Assembly: GCA_964565945.1 (NCBI GenBank) | Contig: CAZMGY010000010.1 | Span: forward strand, 59,344 to 91,343 | Length of the DNA stretch: 32,000 bases | Direction: 5' to 3' | From: an uncultured bacterium | GTDB taxonomy: Bacteria > GCA-001730085 | Shown here: in pieces, positions 8,318 to 17,401 of the stretch | Numbering within the stretch: position 1 is the first letter of the stretch | Layout: each line of letters opens with the position of its first letter | The notes under the pieces: generated by a model | What the model was told of the DNA's origin: nothing | Seen by the model: the letters and a program-made list of their open reading frames with translations, nothing else | Database searches by the model: none | Made by a program: the position numbers and the translations under genes

Positions 8318-9163
8318 ATGCATATGAAAACATTAGCTGTCATTGGTTATCCAATTGCTCATAGTTTATCACCAGCCATGCATAATGCTGCTTTTCAGTA
8401 CCTTGATTTACCTTATGTTTACGAAGCTCTCGCTATAGCCTCCGAAGATTTGTCCGAGGCGATCAATGGCTACTTGTTAAATAACTATGCTGGATTTAAT
8501 GTGACTATTCCTCATAAAGAGGCGGTGTATCGTACTTTGGATGCTCTTTCGGATGAGGCTCACATGGTGGGAGCCGTTAATACCGTTATCCGAACCGAGC
8601 GGGGCTGGCTGGGACATAATACCGATGTGGCTGGTTTTGTGAAGCCTCTTTTGGATGAATATAACTTAAAGCAATCGTGTGTGCTTGTTTTGGGGGCTGG
8701 AGGTGCTGCGCGTGCTGTGGTTTGTGCGCTTGCTCAGCAAGCGGAGGTGGCCTCGATTCGTTTGGTGGCACGGACGATCGAAAAGGCGAAAGCAATTCAA
8801 AATAATATGAAGGTGCATTTCCCTCATGTGGATTGCCAGGTTGTTGGCTGTGAGCAGGAGGTGATAGCTGCGGCAGATGTGATTGTGAACACGACACCCG
8901 TTGGTATGAAACCTGAGGATACGGATTTGTTTCCTAGGGAGTGGTTGCAGAGTTCAACGTTTTGCTACGATTTGATTTATTGGCCAAAGCAATCACGTTT
9001 TTTGCAACAAGCCCAACAACAAGGTTGTGCCACACTTAATGGTCTGGAGATGCTTTTGTGGCAAGGGGTTTATGCTTGGGAGTTATGGATTGGCCAGACC
9101 GCTCCAGTTGAGGTTATGAAAGCGGCTTTGCAAGCAAGCCTACGGGAGAGAATCTCAGAATGA
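8318..9163 (+). CDS. aroE: Shikimate dehydrogenase
   Basis: SLSPAMHNAAF, NVTIPHK, GAVNT, GHNTD, GAGGAARA. The start could be ATG 8318 or 8324. Confidence 0.93.
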   Translation: MHMKTLAVIGYPIAHSLSPAMHNAAFQYLDLPYVYEALAIASEDLSEAINGYLLNNYAGFNVTIPHKEAVYRTLDALSDEAHMVGAVNTVIRTERGWLGHNTDVAGFVKPLLDEYNLKQSCVLVLGAGGAARAVVCALAQQAEVASIRLVARTIEKAKAIQNNMKVHFPHVDCQVVGCEQEVIAAADVIVNTTPVGMKPEDTDLFPREWLQSSTFCYDLIYWPKQSRFLQQAQQQGCATLNGLEMLLWQGVYAWELWIGQTAPVEVMKAALQASLRERISE

Positions 9164-10002
9164 TCGTGATGTATCTGTTGATGGCTATGGTGGGAGCTCT
9201 TATGGGAAGTTTGCTGAATGCCTACATCCATCGGGAGTGTTTAAACGAAAAGACGGGCTCAAAAGAAAGTTTGCTGTGGCCTCGGCGATCATATTGCCCC
9301 AGATGTCGTGCAACGATTGCCTGGTACGACAATATTCCCTTGCTGAGTTATCTTTTGCTCAAAGGGCGTTGTCGTTCGTGTGAGAAGCCAGTTGCTTTTA
9401 GGTATGTATTGGTGGAGGCGCTCACCAGTCTTTTTTCCGTGTTTATGTATGATTTGTTTTATGTGCAGCGGCACGATGTTGTGGGCTTGGGTGTTGCTTT
9501 GTTTTTGACCTGCCTTCTGGTGGCGATTGTGTTCATCGATCTTGAGGTGATGATTATTCCCGATCTTGTGTCGCTCGGAGGGCTTGGAGTGGCTTTAGCG
9601 GTTGGATTTCTTTGTCCTGAGTGGCACGATGTAGATTTGAACGCAACTTTTTGGATAAAACATCTTAATGGCCTTAGAGAAGCATTGTATGGCATGGTAA
9701 TGGGAGGTGGATTGATTTACGCTATCGGTCTTATGGGCTCGTGGGTGTTGAAAAAGGAAGCCATGGGGGGGGGGGATGTTAAGATGATGGCCATGGTGGG
9801 TGCTTTTTTAGGATGGACCTCGGCGTGGTTGATCTTATTTTTGGCGTCTTTTGTAGGAACTGTTGTGTCGATGTTTATGCTTGTTCATAAATCGAAGCAA
9901 ATGTCGGAGGAAATTCCTTTTGGGCCCTATTTAGCGGCAGGTTCGTTGATAGCACTGTGTTGGCAAGATGCGATTTATCAGTGGTTGTTTTATCGAGGAT
10001 AA
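9160..10002 (+). CDS. pilD: Prepilin peptidase / N-methyltransferase (A24 family)
   Basis: N-terminal Cys pairs CPRC...CRSC, the DiS_P_DiS segment AWYDNIPLLSYLLLKGRC, and aspartate motifs IDLEVMIIPD and GGGDVKMMA. ATGA start/stop overlap with aroE. Confidence 0.93.
   Translation: MIVMYLLMAMVGALMGSLLNAYIHRECLNEKTGSKESLLWPRRSYCPRCRATIAWYDNIPLLSYLLLKGRCRSCEKPVAFRYVLVEALTSLFSVFMYDLFYVQRHDVVGLGVALFLTCLLVAIVFIDLEVMIIPDLVSLGGLGVALAVGFLCPEWHDVDLNATFWIKHLNGLREALYGMVMGGGLIYAIGLMGSWVLKKEAMGGGDVKMMAMVGAFLGWTSAWLILFLASFVGTVVSMFMLVHKSKQMSEEIPFGPYLAAGSLIALCWQDAIYQWLFYRG
9765..9775 (+). repeat. G11 homopolymer inside pilD
   Basis: Reads ccat-ggggggggggg-atgtt. In frame it is ATG GGG GGG GGG GAT, encoding M-G-G-G-D. 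Confidence 0.95.
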
Positions 10003-10025
10003 GAGAGTAAGGAGTGAATGAAGCA

Positions 10026-11141
10026 ATGTTAAGATTTTTTACGGCGGGGGAGTCTCACGGGGAATGTTTGAGTGCCATTATCGAAGGTATGGTCGCAGGG
10101 CTTAAAATTGATGAAGCCTTTATTGATGAGCAATTGCGTCGTCGTCAGCAGGGCTACGGCCGTGGAGTCCGCATGAAGCTTGAGATTGATACGGTTCATT
10201 TCACTGGAGGTTTGCGCCAATTTGAGACGATAGGTGCTCCTTTGGCAATGAAAATCCAAAACAAAGATGATTCGATTAACAAAATGCCAGCGATTTCGAA
10301 CCCTCGTCCTGGTCACGCCGATTTAGCGGGTGTCCAAAAATATGGTCGTAGTGATGTGCGTGATATTTTGGAACGATCAAGTGCTCGTGAAACAGCTATG
10401 CGTGTTGCGGTTGGCGCAGTGGCCAAGTTGTTTTTAAAAGAGTTTGATATTCAAGTGGCTAGCCATATTGTCGAGATTGGCAAGGTTCGCTTAAGTCGTC
10501 AAGCGACGTTTGAAGAAATTTTGGCCTGCGATGAATCTCCTGTGCGCTGTGTTGATGCGGAAGTTGAAGCGGCGATGATGGCTTCGATTGACGAAGCAAA
10601 ATTACAAGGTTCGTCGGCGGGAGGCGTCTTTGAAGTTGTGGTCAAAGGTGCTCCAGTTGGTTTGGGCAGTCATGCCCAATGGGATCGTAAGTTAGATGCG
10701 CGACTTGCCTTTGGCTTGATGAGTTTACAGGCTATTAAAGGTGTAGAAGTGGGTGCGGGTTTTAATGTTGCACATATCTATGGGCACGAGCTTCATGACG
10801 AGATTGATTACAAAGAGAAGGAAGGGTATTCGCGTCTTTCGAATCGCGCTGGAGGGATCGAAGGGGGGATTAGCAATGGTGAAAATATTGTGGTGAGAGC
10901 GGCGATGAAACCTTTATCGACATTGATAAAAGCGCTTAAAACCGTGGATATTCATAGCAAAGAAGAATCCAAAGCTTCGGTGCAGAGAACCGATACTTGC
11001 GCTGTTCCAGCTGCTGGTGTTGTGGGTGAAGCGATTGTGGCTTGGGATATAGCGGGGGTTTTTTTAGAAAAATTTGGAGGGGATAGCGTGGCCGAGACCT
11101 ATCGCAATTATGAAAACTTTGTCAAATCCTTAAAATCGTAG
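10026..11141 (+). CDS. aroC: Chorismate synthase
   Basis: FTAGESHG, RPGHADLAG, SARETA, GGISNGE. ATG 10026 is preferred over the track's GTG 10014. Confidence 0.95.
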   Translation: MLRFFTAGESHGECLSAIIEGMVAGLKIDEAFIDEQLRRRQQGYGRGVRMKLEIDTVHFTGGLRQFETIGAPLAMKIQNKDDSINKMPAISNPRPGHADLAGVQKYGRSDVRDILERSSARETAMRVAVGAVAKLFLKEFDIQVASHIVEIGKVRLSRQATFEEILACDESPVRCVDAEVEAAMMASIDEAKLQGSSAGGVFEVVVKGAPVGLGSHAQWDRKLDARLAFGLMSLQAIKGVEVGAGFNVAHIYGHELHDEIDYKEKEGYSRLSNRAGGIEGGISNGENIVVRAAMKPLSTLIKALKTVDIHSKEESKASVQRTDTCAVPAAGVVGEAIVAWDIAGVFLEKFGGDSVAETYRNYENFVKSLKS

Positions 11142-11145
11142 AGAC

Positions 11146-11682
11146 ATGAGTGATCCTGTGAAAAGTAATTTGGTTTTGTGTGGCTTTATGGGAACAGGGA
11201 AAAGCACCCTGGGGCCATTATTGTCCGAGCGTTTGAAGTTTTCTTTTATCGACCTAGATGCTCTGATCGAACAGCAACAGAGCTGTCGTATTACCGATAT
11301 TTTTGCCGACCAAGATGAAGCAGCGTTTCGCGATCTAGAAACGCAAGCTTTGCAGGGAGTACTTGCGCAGGACCAACAAGTGATTGCTGTTGGTGGTGGA
11401 GTTGTCGTGCGGACAAGCAATTGTGCCTTAATCGAACAGAGGGCGCGCCTCGTTTGTCTGACGGCCAGCATCGATGTTCTTCTTGAGCGTTTGGCTGGCG
11501 ATGACACACGTCCTTTATTGCAAGGTTCTGATGCAAAGCAAAAAATGATACAATTATTAGATCAGAGGCGCGGTGTTTATGAAAGTATTGCCTGGCAAAT
11601 GGTTACGAATCATAAAACATTTGAGCAATGTGTAGAGGAGATTTACCAAGAATGGATGCACCCAAAGTTACCGTCCAATTAG
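11146..11682 (+). CDS. aroK: Shikimate kinase
   Basis: P-loop GFMGTGKST, FRDLE, and VIAVGGGVV lid. Confidence 0.92.
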   Translation: MSDPVKSNLVLCGFMGTGKSTLGPLLSERLKFSFIDLDALIEQQQSCRITDIFADQDEAAFRDLETQALQGVLAQDQQVIAVGGGVVVRTSNCALIEQRARLVCLTASIDVLLERLAGDDTRPLLQGSDAKQKMIQLLDQRRGVYESIAWQMVTNHKTFEQCVEEIYQEWMHPKLPSN

Positions 11683-12728
11683 GTGAGCGGTCTTATCCTA
11701 TTTATATTCAAGCGAATTTGCTAGAACAATTAGGTTCAGCAAGTCTTTGGACGTCTTACAGTCACACATTGCTTGTTAGTAACGAAACCGTGTTTCCCTT
11801 GTATGGTGCTGTGCTGGAAGCTGCTTTGCAGCAAGCCAATGTATCTTACACGGTTCATATTGTTTCGGATGGTGAAGCTTACAAATCTTGGGAATCTATG
11901 CGGGACATTTTGGATGTGGCTGTCGAGATTGGCTTGGATCGCAAATCGGCGGTTATGGCTTTAGGTGGGGGTGTGATTGGAGATTTAGCAAGCTTTGTGG
12001 CGGCTGTGTATATGCGTGGCATTGATGTGATTCAAATCCCTACAACCTTACTTTCGGCTGTCGACAGCAGTGTGGGGGGCAAAGTGGCAGTCAATCACCC
12101 AAAAGCTAAAAATATCTTGGGGTTTTTCCATCAGCCGAGTGCTGTTTTTATGGATTTGAATGTCTTGCAAACTTTGCCAGCGCGTGAATGCGCCGCAGGG
12201 ATGGCAGAGGTGATTAAGTATGGAGTCATCTATGATGCTGACTTTTTTGGTTACCTTGAAGATCATGTACAAGCATTGCAAGCCAAACAAGCCGATGTTT
12301 TGAGCTATGTGATTCAACGTTGTTGCGAAATCAAGGTTGCTGTGGTGGAACAAGATGAAAAAGAAGCTGGTATGCGAGCTATTTTGAACTTTGGGCACAC
12401 CTTTGGTCATGCCTTGGAAGCTGTTTCGGACTATAAGCATTATGTACATGGTGAATCTGTGGCCATTGGCATGGTTTATGCTGGACAGTTGGCTCTTAAT
12501 CTTGATTTGTGGAGACAAGACGAACAGGATCGCCTGGTGGCGTTGATTGAAGCTTATGGTTTGCCAACAGGGCAAGATCAATGGACGCTGGATCAGTTGA
12601 TGCCGGCTCTTCTCAAGGATAAAAAATTTATCGCAGGTCGGATGACTTTTGTTTTGCCTACGCGTTTGGGTCAGGTTGAGCTGAACCATAATTTAACTTC
12701 GGAAGATCTTCGTGAAGTTGTTTCCTGA
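11652..12728 (+). CDS. aroB: 3-dehydroquinate synthase
   Basis: GGGVIGDLASF, VDSSVGGK, AGMAEVIKYG, NFGHTFGHALE, HGESVAIGM. ATG 11652 overlaps the aroK 3' end by 31 nt. Confidence 0.93.
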   Translation: MDAPKVTVQLGERSYPIYIQANLLEQLGSASLWTSYSHTLLVSNETVFPLYGAVLEAALQQANVSYTVHIVSDGEAYKSWESMRDILDVAVEIGLDRKSAVMALGGGVIGDLASFVAAVYMRGIDVIQIPTTLLSAVDSSVGGKVAVNHPKAKNILGFFHQPSAVFMDLNVLQTLPARECAAGMAEVIKYGVIYDADFFGYLEDHVQALQAKQADVLSYVIQRCCEIKVAVVEQDEKEAGMRAILNFGHTFGHALEAVSDYKHYVHGESVAIGMVYAGQLALNLDLWRQDEQDRLVALIEAYGLPTGQDQWTLDQLMPALLKDKKFIAGRMTFVLPTRLGQVELNHNLTSEDLREVVS

Positions 12729-13758
12729 AAATGTTGAATATTGTTTAAAATTAAAATTCTACAAAGGCGTGGGAGATAAGACGGCTCATGATTTGTTGCG
12801 TGTCTATGAAACTCCACAAGAGGCTTATCACTCTTTAAAACCTCAGCTCGCGGTTGAGGAGCGCTACCAACACGAATTAAATTTGATTGAGCGTTATCAA
12901 GCTCAGGTTCTTATATATAGTGACAAGGCTTATCCAAATTCATTAAAAAATATGGATGATGAGCCTTTACTTCTCTATGTTTTGGGGCAGTTGGACGCCC
13001 TTAAGGGGGAACATATTGCCGTGGTTGGCTCTCGTTACCCGAGCACACATGCTTTGCTTAAGGCGGAGAAGTTGGGGCAAGATTTGGCGCGTTCTAGTGT
13101 GGGGGTTGTTAGTGGCTTGGCTCGAGGGATTGATGCTGCAGCACATCGCGGTGTTGTGAAGCAAGGGGGAATAACGCTTGCGGTGCTAGGATCGGGACTT
13201 TTGCATTTGAGTCCTCAAGATAATCGCCACTTAGCTGATGAGATTCAGAATAAAGGTTGTGTGATCAGCGAGTTTCCGATGGATATGAAAGCCAGTGTAG
13301 GCACTTTCCCGCGAAGAAATCGTTTAATCAGTGGGCTTGCCTCTCGTGGTGTGATTGTGGTCGAAGGTTCAACGAATAGTGGAGCGTTAATTACCGCTAA
13401 TTATGCCAAGGAACAAGGTCGCTGTGTCTATGCGATGCCAGGGCTTTCGGACATTCCTAAAACATCGGGCAATCATGAATTGTTGCGCCAGGGGGCGAGA
13501 TTTTTGGAAAAAGCCAGTGATCTCGAAGGTCTGCCAACATCTGATGAAGGTGAAAAAAAGGTTGCGATGGTTTCTTTGAATGATCAAGAGCAATTTGTGT
13601 TTGATTTGATCGACTCTGAACCTCGTTATATCCATGATTTATATAAAGTTGGCAAAAAAAAGGGTTTGACATTGCCTGAATTGGCCAGTATACTTACCAT
13701 TCTTGAGTTAAAAGGCGTTGTCCGACAATTTTCTGGTCAAAAATTTATGAAAGTTTAG
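12712..13758 (+). CDS. dprA: DNA processing protein DprA (natural-transformation ssDNA/RecA mediator)
   Basis: Rossmann-like DprA core VVGSRYPS...VVSGLARGIDAAAHRG...AVLGSG...YP..N..L...I...G.VISEFP...FP.RNR.ISGL, plus a C-terminal winged-helix tail. The GTG start overlaps the aroB stop by 17 nt. Confidence 0.9.
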   Translation: MKLFPENVEYCLKLKFYKGVGDKTAHDLLRVYETPQEAYHSLKPQLAVEERYQHELNLIERYQAQVLIYSDKAYPNSLKNMDDEPLLLYVLGQLDALKGEHIAVVGSRYPSTHALLKAEKLGQDLARSSVGVVSGLARGIDAAAHRGVVKQGGITLAVLGSGLLHLSPQDNRHLADEIQNKGCVISEFPMDMKASVGTFPRRNRLISGLASRGVIVVEGSTNSGALITANYAKEQGRCVYAMPGLSDIPKTSGNHELLRQGARFLEKASDLEGLPTSDEGEKKVAMVSLNDQEQFVFDLIDSEPRYIHDLYKVGKKKGLTLPELASILTILELKGVVRQFSGQKFMKV

Positions 13759-13807
13759 ACAGCCTGACATCACGAGAAGTGGGCTGAAATGATAAGGAGT
13801 GTGAGTC

Positions 13808-14113
13808 ATGGCAAAAAAACAAACCTTTGGTGATAAGGTCAATAAAGGTCAGAAGAAATCGGATGCCGAGATTAATTTTTTTGGAACACGCCAAGATATG
13901 GTGGTGAAAGAAGTCATTGAAGGTGACACGGTTGTTAAAATTGTTGCTCAAGATGATCAGGGTCAATACATCACCTATCCTGAGCATATCGATAGTAGCT
14001 TAGCCGACCCTAATCGTTTCGATGAGTATCGGGTGTTGCCCACCGAAGAAGATCTGGCTGAAGCGAAGCCAGCCCAAGAAAAGGATGCGTCTGAGGAAGC
14101 CAAAGCCGAATAA
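13808..14113 (+). CDS. Hypothetical 101-aa protein: basic N-terminus, acidic low-complexity C-terminus
   Basis: An AAGGAG SD lies 8 nt upstream of the ATG. The ORF is followed directly by a strong terminator. I recognise no family. Confidence 0.6.
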   Translation: MAKKQTFGDKVNKGQKKSDAEINFFGTRQDMVVKEVIEGDTVVKIVAQDDQGQYITYPEHIDSSLADPNRFDEYRVLPTEEDLAEAKPAQEKDASEEAKAE

Positions 14114-14135
14114 ATATTTAAATGCATATATAAAG

Positions 14136-14172
14136 AAAAAGCCTTGAGTTAAAATGTTCTCAAGGCTTTTTC
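14136..14172 (+). terminator. Rho-independent terminator closing the leuA-to-dprA gene block
   Basis: AAAAAGCCTTGAG, a 10-nt loop, CTCAAGGCTTTTT. The perfect 9-bp core stem is extendable through A/T pairs, and a T-run follows. Confidence 0.8.
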
Positions 14173-14249
14173 TATGACCATTTGCATTTTTTTACCCTTT
14201 ACAGGCATACTTGAGATACGTTAGCATTGTGGCGAATCATTACGTATAG

Positions 14250-16484
14250 ATGAGAGCAAGAGAGGTTGATGTGGCAAAAGCGCTAGTCATAGTAGAATCA
14301 CCAGCAAAGTCGAAGACAATCAATAAATTTTTGGGTTCGGATTATGTGATTAAAGCTTCGATGGGGCATGTAATTGACCTGCCAAAGAGCAATATTGGCA
14401 TCGATATCGAACATGATTTTGAACCAGAATATGTTGTGATTCGAGGCAAAAAGAAGATTTTGAATGAACTCACATCAGCTGTAGCTAAAGTCGATATGGT
14501 CTATTTGGCACTTGACCCCGACCGCGAAGGAGAGGCGATTGCCTGGCATTTGGCTAATCATATTCAGAAAAAATTCAAAGGTCCAGTCTATCGGATCGCC
14601 TTTAATGAAATCACCAAACAGGCGGTTATTGATGCTGTTGAAAAACCTGGTGAAGTTGATATAAATTTGGTGAATGCTCAGCAGGCTCGTCGTGCTTTGG
14701 ATCGGATTGTGGGTTATAAAGTGAGCCCCTTTCTATGGAAAAGTGTTGGTCGTGGCTTGAGTGCTGGTCGTGTTCAATCGGTCTGTGTACGTTTGATTTG
14801 CGAACGCGAAGAGGAAATCAAAGCCTTTGTTCCCGAGGAGTCATGGACAGTTGAGGCTCAGTTTCATAAAGAGCAAGACACGCACAGTTTTCATGTACAG
14901 CTCGAAAAAATTCAAGATGAAAAAGCTGATCTTAAAAATGAAAAGCAAGCTCAACAAGTCCTTAAAAATTTGGAGGGGGCTTCGTATGAAGTAAGTGATG
15001 TAAAACTTAAGGAGAAGAAGCGTTGGCCCGATGCACCTTTTATTACGAGTACTTTGCAGCAACGTGCCGCTTATAAGATTCGTTTTAGTGCCAGCAAAAC
15101 AATGATGATTGCGCAACAGTTGTATGAAGGCATTGATTTAGGTAATGATGAGACAGTTGGTTTAATTACTTATATGAGAACAGACTCTTATCGGATTGCC
15201 GATATTGCTCAAAAGGAAGCTAGGGATTATATCAAAGAAACTTATGGTGCGGACTATGTTCCTGACAAAGTTCCTGTTTACACCAAGAAAACGAAAAAGA
15301 ACCAAAAAACCAAAGCTCCTGCGGCTCAAGATGCTCATGAGGCGATTCGTCCCACTTCGATTAAGGGAACTCCAGATTCGTTGAAGCATATCTTGACTGA
15401 AGATCAATACAAAGTATACCGCCTGGTTTGGCTTCAATTTTTGAAAAGTCAAATGGCCGAAGCCATATTTGATAGCACAACTGTGAAAATTAAAACTGGA
15501 GATTACATCTTTAAAGCGACTGGTTCGGTGATTAAGTTTCCTGGCTATATGGCCGTGGGGAAAGAAGTTATTTCTGAAACGGAAAAAGAAGATACTTCGA
15601 ATATGTCGGATGATTTGAAAGAGAAAATATTACCTTCTTTGGCCAAGAAGGATGTTGTGATCAATGAAAAATTGGATGCTGAGCAGCATTTTACGAAACC
15701 TTCTGCGCGTTACTCGGAAGCGTCATTGGTGAAGGCTTTGGAAGAATATGGTATTGGTCGTCCAAGTACCTACGCTCCGACGATTAAAACCATTCAAGAT
15801 CGTGGTTATGTCGAAAAACTGGATCGCCGTTTTCATCCGACCAGGCTAGGTGTTCGTGTGAATCAGGTACTTGTTCAGTTTATGCCAGATTTGTTCAATG
15901 TCGATTTTACCTCTCAAATGGAAGAAAAGTTGGACTTGGTGGCCGAAGGAGATCAAGAGTGGATCAAACTTTTGAGAGATTTTTATGATCCTTTTGATCG
16001 TAATCTAGAGTCGGCTCAAGAAAAGATGATCGAACTCAAGCAACAGGTAATTGAAACCGATCAAGTGTGCGAAAAGTGTGGATCGGGGATGATTATTAAA
16101 ATGGGACGTTATGGTCAGTTCTTGGCGTGTTCCAATTATCCCGATTGTCGCAACACCAAAGACTTAGGTGAGGATGGCGAAGAGTCTGAGCCAGAAGATC
16201 CTGATGATGCACCCTCGTGTGAGAAATGTGAAACTGATATGATGATCAAAATGGGGCGTTATGGTAAATTTTGGGCGTGTTCGAATTATCCCGATTGCAA
16301 ATCTACCCAGGCGATTGTGGTTAAATCGGGTCTGGCTTGTCCCAAAGAAGGCTGTGATGGTCAACTAGTTGAGCGCCGTTCCAAAAAACGGGGTCGCGTG
16401 TTTTGGGGGTGTTCAAATTATCCCAATTGCACCCATTTGACCAACAATCTTCCGCAGGCAGAATCCGAAGAAGAATCCGCGTAA
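14250..16484 (+). CDS. topA: DNA topoisomerase I
   Basis: Toprim VIVESPAKSKTI, DPDREGEAIAWH, active-site GLITYMRTDS, and three C-terminal zinc ribbons (CEKCGS...CSNYPDC, CEKCET...CSNYPDC, CPKEGC...CSNYPNC). The true start may be GTG 14271, which is preceded by AGAGAGG. Confidence 0.95.
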   Translation: MRAREVDVAKALVIVESPAKSKTINKFLGSDYVIKASMGHVIDLPKSNIGIDIEHDFEPEYVVIRGKKKILNELTSAVAKVDMVYLALDPDREGEAIAWHLANHIQKKFKGPVYRIAFNEITKQAVIDAVEKPGEVDINLVNAQQARRALDRIVGYKVSPFLWKSVGRGLSAGRVQSVCVRLICEREEEIKAFVPEESWTVEAQFHKEQDTHSFHVQLEKIQDEKADLKNEKQAQQVLKNLEGASYEVSDVKLKEKKRWPDAPFITSTLQQRAAYKIRFSASKTMMIAQQLYEGIDLGNDETVGLITYMRTDSYRIADIAQKEARDYIKETYGADYVPDKVPVYTKKTKKNQKTKAPAAQDAHEAIRPTSIKGTPDSLKHILTEDQYKVYRLVWLQFLKSQMAEAIFDSTTVKIKTGDYIFKATGSVIKFPGYMAVGKEVISETEKEDTSNMSDDLKEKILPSLAKKDVVINEKLDAEQHFTKPSARYSEASLVKALEEYGIGRPSTYAPTIKTIQDRGYVEKLDRRFHPTRLGVRVNQVLVQFMPDLFNVDFTSQMEEKLDLVAEGDQEWIKLLRDFYDPFDRNLESAQEKMIELKQQVIETDQVCEKCGSGMIIKMGRYGQFLACSNYPDCRNTKDLGEDGEESEPEDPDDAPSCEKCETDMMIKMGRYGKFWACSNYPDCKSTQAIVVKSGLACPKEGCDGQLVERRSKKRGRVFWGCSNYPNCTHLTNNLPQAESEEESA

Positions 16485-16501
16485 CGTGTTATAATGCTTT
16501 T

Positions 16502-17401
16502 ATGTGGCATGATGAGGTTGAACTTTTCCTAAAATATCTTAATCAAGAGCAAAATGCATCGAAGCATACGCTCAATAATTATGCGATGGATTTGAATCAT
16601 TGTTTTGCTTTTTTCGAAGAGCATTGCCCTAGTCAGGTTGGTAAGGTAAAGGATGTGAGTCATCATTTGATGCGCATGTATTTAGCTCACTTGACCGACT
16701 TGGAGTATGCACGTGCCACCATGGCGCGTCGTTTGTCGGCAATGCGTTCGCTGATTAAGTTTTTGCAGCGCGAAGATCGTTTGGAGCATAATCCTTTGCA
16801 TCGGGTTCTAACACCCAAACGTAAAAAACCCTTACCCAAAGTGATTAGTCAGGATGTTTTACAAGAGTTGTTGGATGCTTCCTTTGAGAAAACCTGGCAG
16901 GGTTATCGAGACAAAGCTTTGATGGAATGCCTGTATTCCACTGGTGTTCGGGTGGGAGAGTTAGTCTCTCTGACGCGTTCTCAAATGAATTGTGCCAATC
17001 GAACGATGGTTGTGCAAGGCAAAGGCCAAAAGGAGCGCATGGTCCCTTTGGGGCACAAAGCTCTTGAGGCTTATCGGGATTATCAGCAGCACTTGCAGGC
17101 CAGTTCGTGCCAAGTGAAGGATGAAGAAGCTCCTTTTGTCAATCGTAGCGGTGGGAGCTTAAGTGTGAGGGGTATACAGCGTATTGTTCAAAAAAGGATG
17201 CTCAAAATAGCTCAAATCGCTCACGTGACCCCGCATGCTTTACGTCATTCTTTTGCAACGCATATGCTTGATGCGGGGGCGGATTTACGGTCCATTCAGG
17301 AACTTTTGGGGCATGCTCATTTATCGACGACTCAAATCTACACCCATGTGAGTTTGGAGCGTTTGCGAAAAGTTTATAATGAGGCTCATCCTAGGGCTTA
17401 A
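16502..17401 (+). CDS. xerC: Tyrosine site-specific recombinase, XerC/XerD family
   Basis: RD.A..E.LY.TG.R..E, HALRHSFATHML, LLGHAHLSTTQIYTHV. ATG 16502 is preferred over the track's 16403, which overlaps topA. XerC versus XerD cannot be resolved by eye. Confidence 0.88.
   Translation: MWHDEVELFLKYLNQEQNASKHTLNNYAMDLNHCFAFFEEHCPSQVGKVKDVSHHLMRMYLAHLTDLEYARATMARRLSAMRSLIKFLQREDRLEHNPLHRVLTPKRKKPLPKVISQDVLQELLDASFEKTWQGYRDKALMECLYSTGVRVGELVSLTRSQMNCANRTMVVQGKGQKERMVPLGHKALEAYRDYQQHLQASSCQVKDEEAPFVNRSGGSLSVRGIQRIVQKRMLKIAQIAHVTPHALRHSFATHMLDAGADLRSIQELLGHAHLSTTQIYTHVSLERLRKVYNEAHPRA

Noticed and set aside
12048-12689. 213-aa ORF antisense to aroB; similar antisense ORFs at 11130-11507, 8586-8897, 23693-23959 and 23904-24203
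   Set aside because: All are embedded opposite strongly supported conserved genes. They have low-complexity or odd composition and no ribosome-binding sites, as expected for chance antisense frames.
16060-16440. Three ~80-nt segments with obvious mutual similarity (ATGGG.CGTTATGG...TG.TC.AATTATCCCGATTG)
   Set aside because: These encode the normal tandem zinc-ribbon domains of the TopA C-terminus. They are ancient domain repeats, not a mobile or regulatory repeat.
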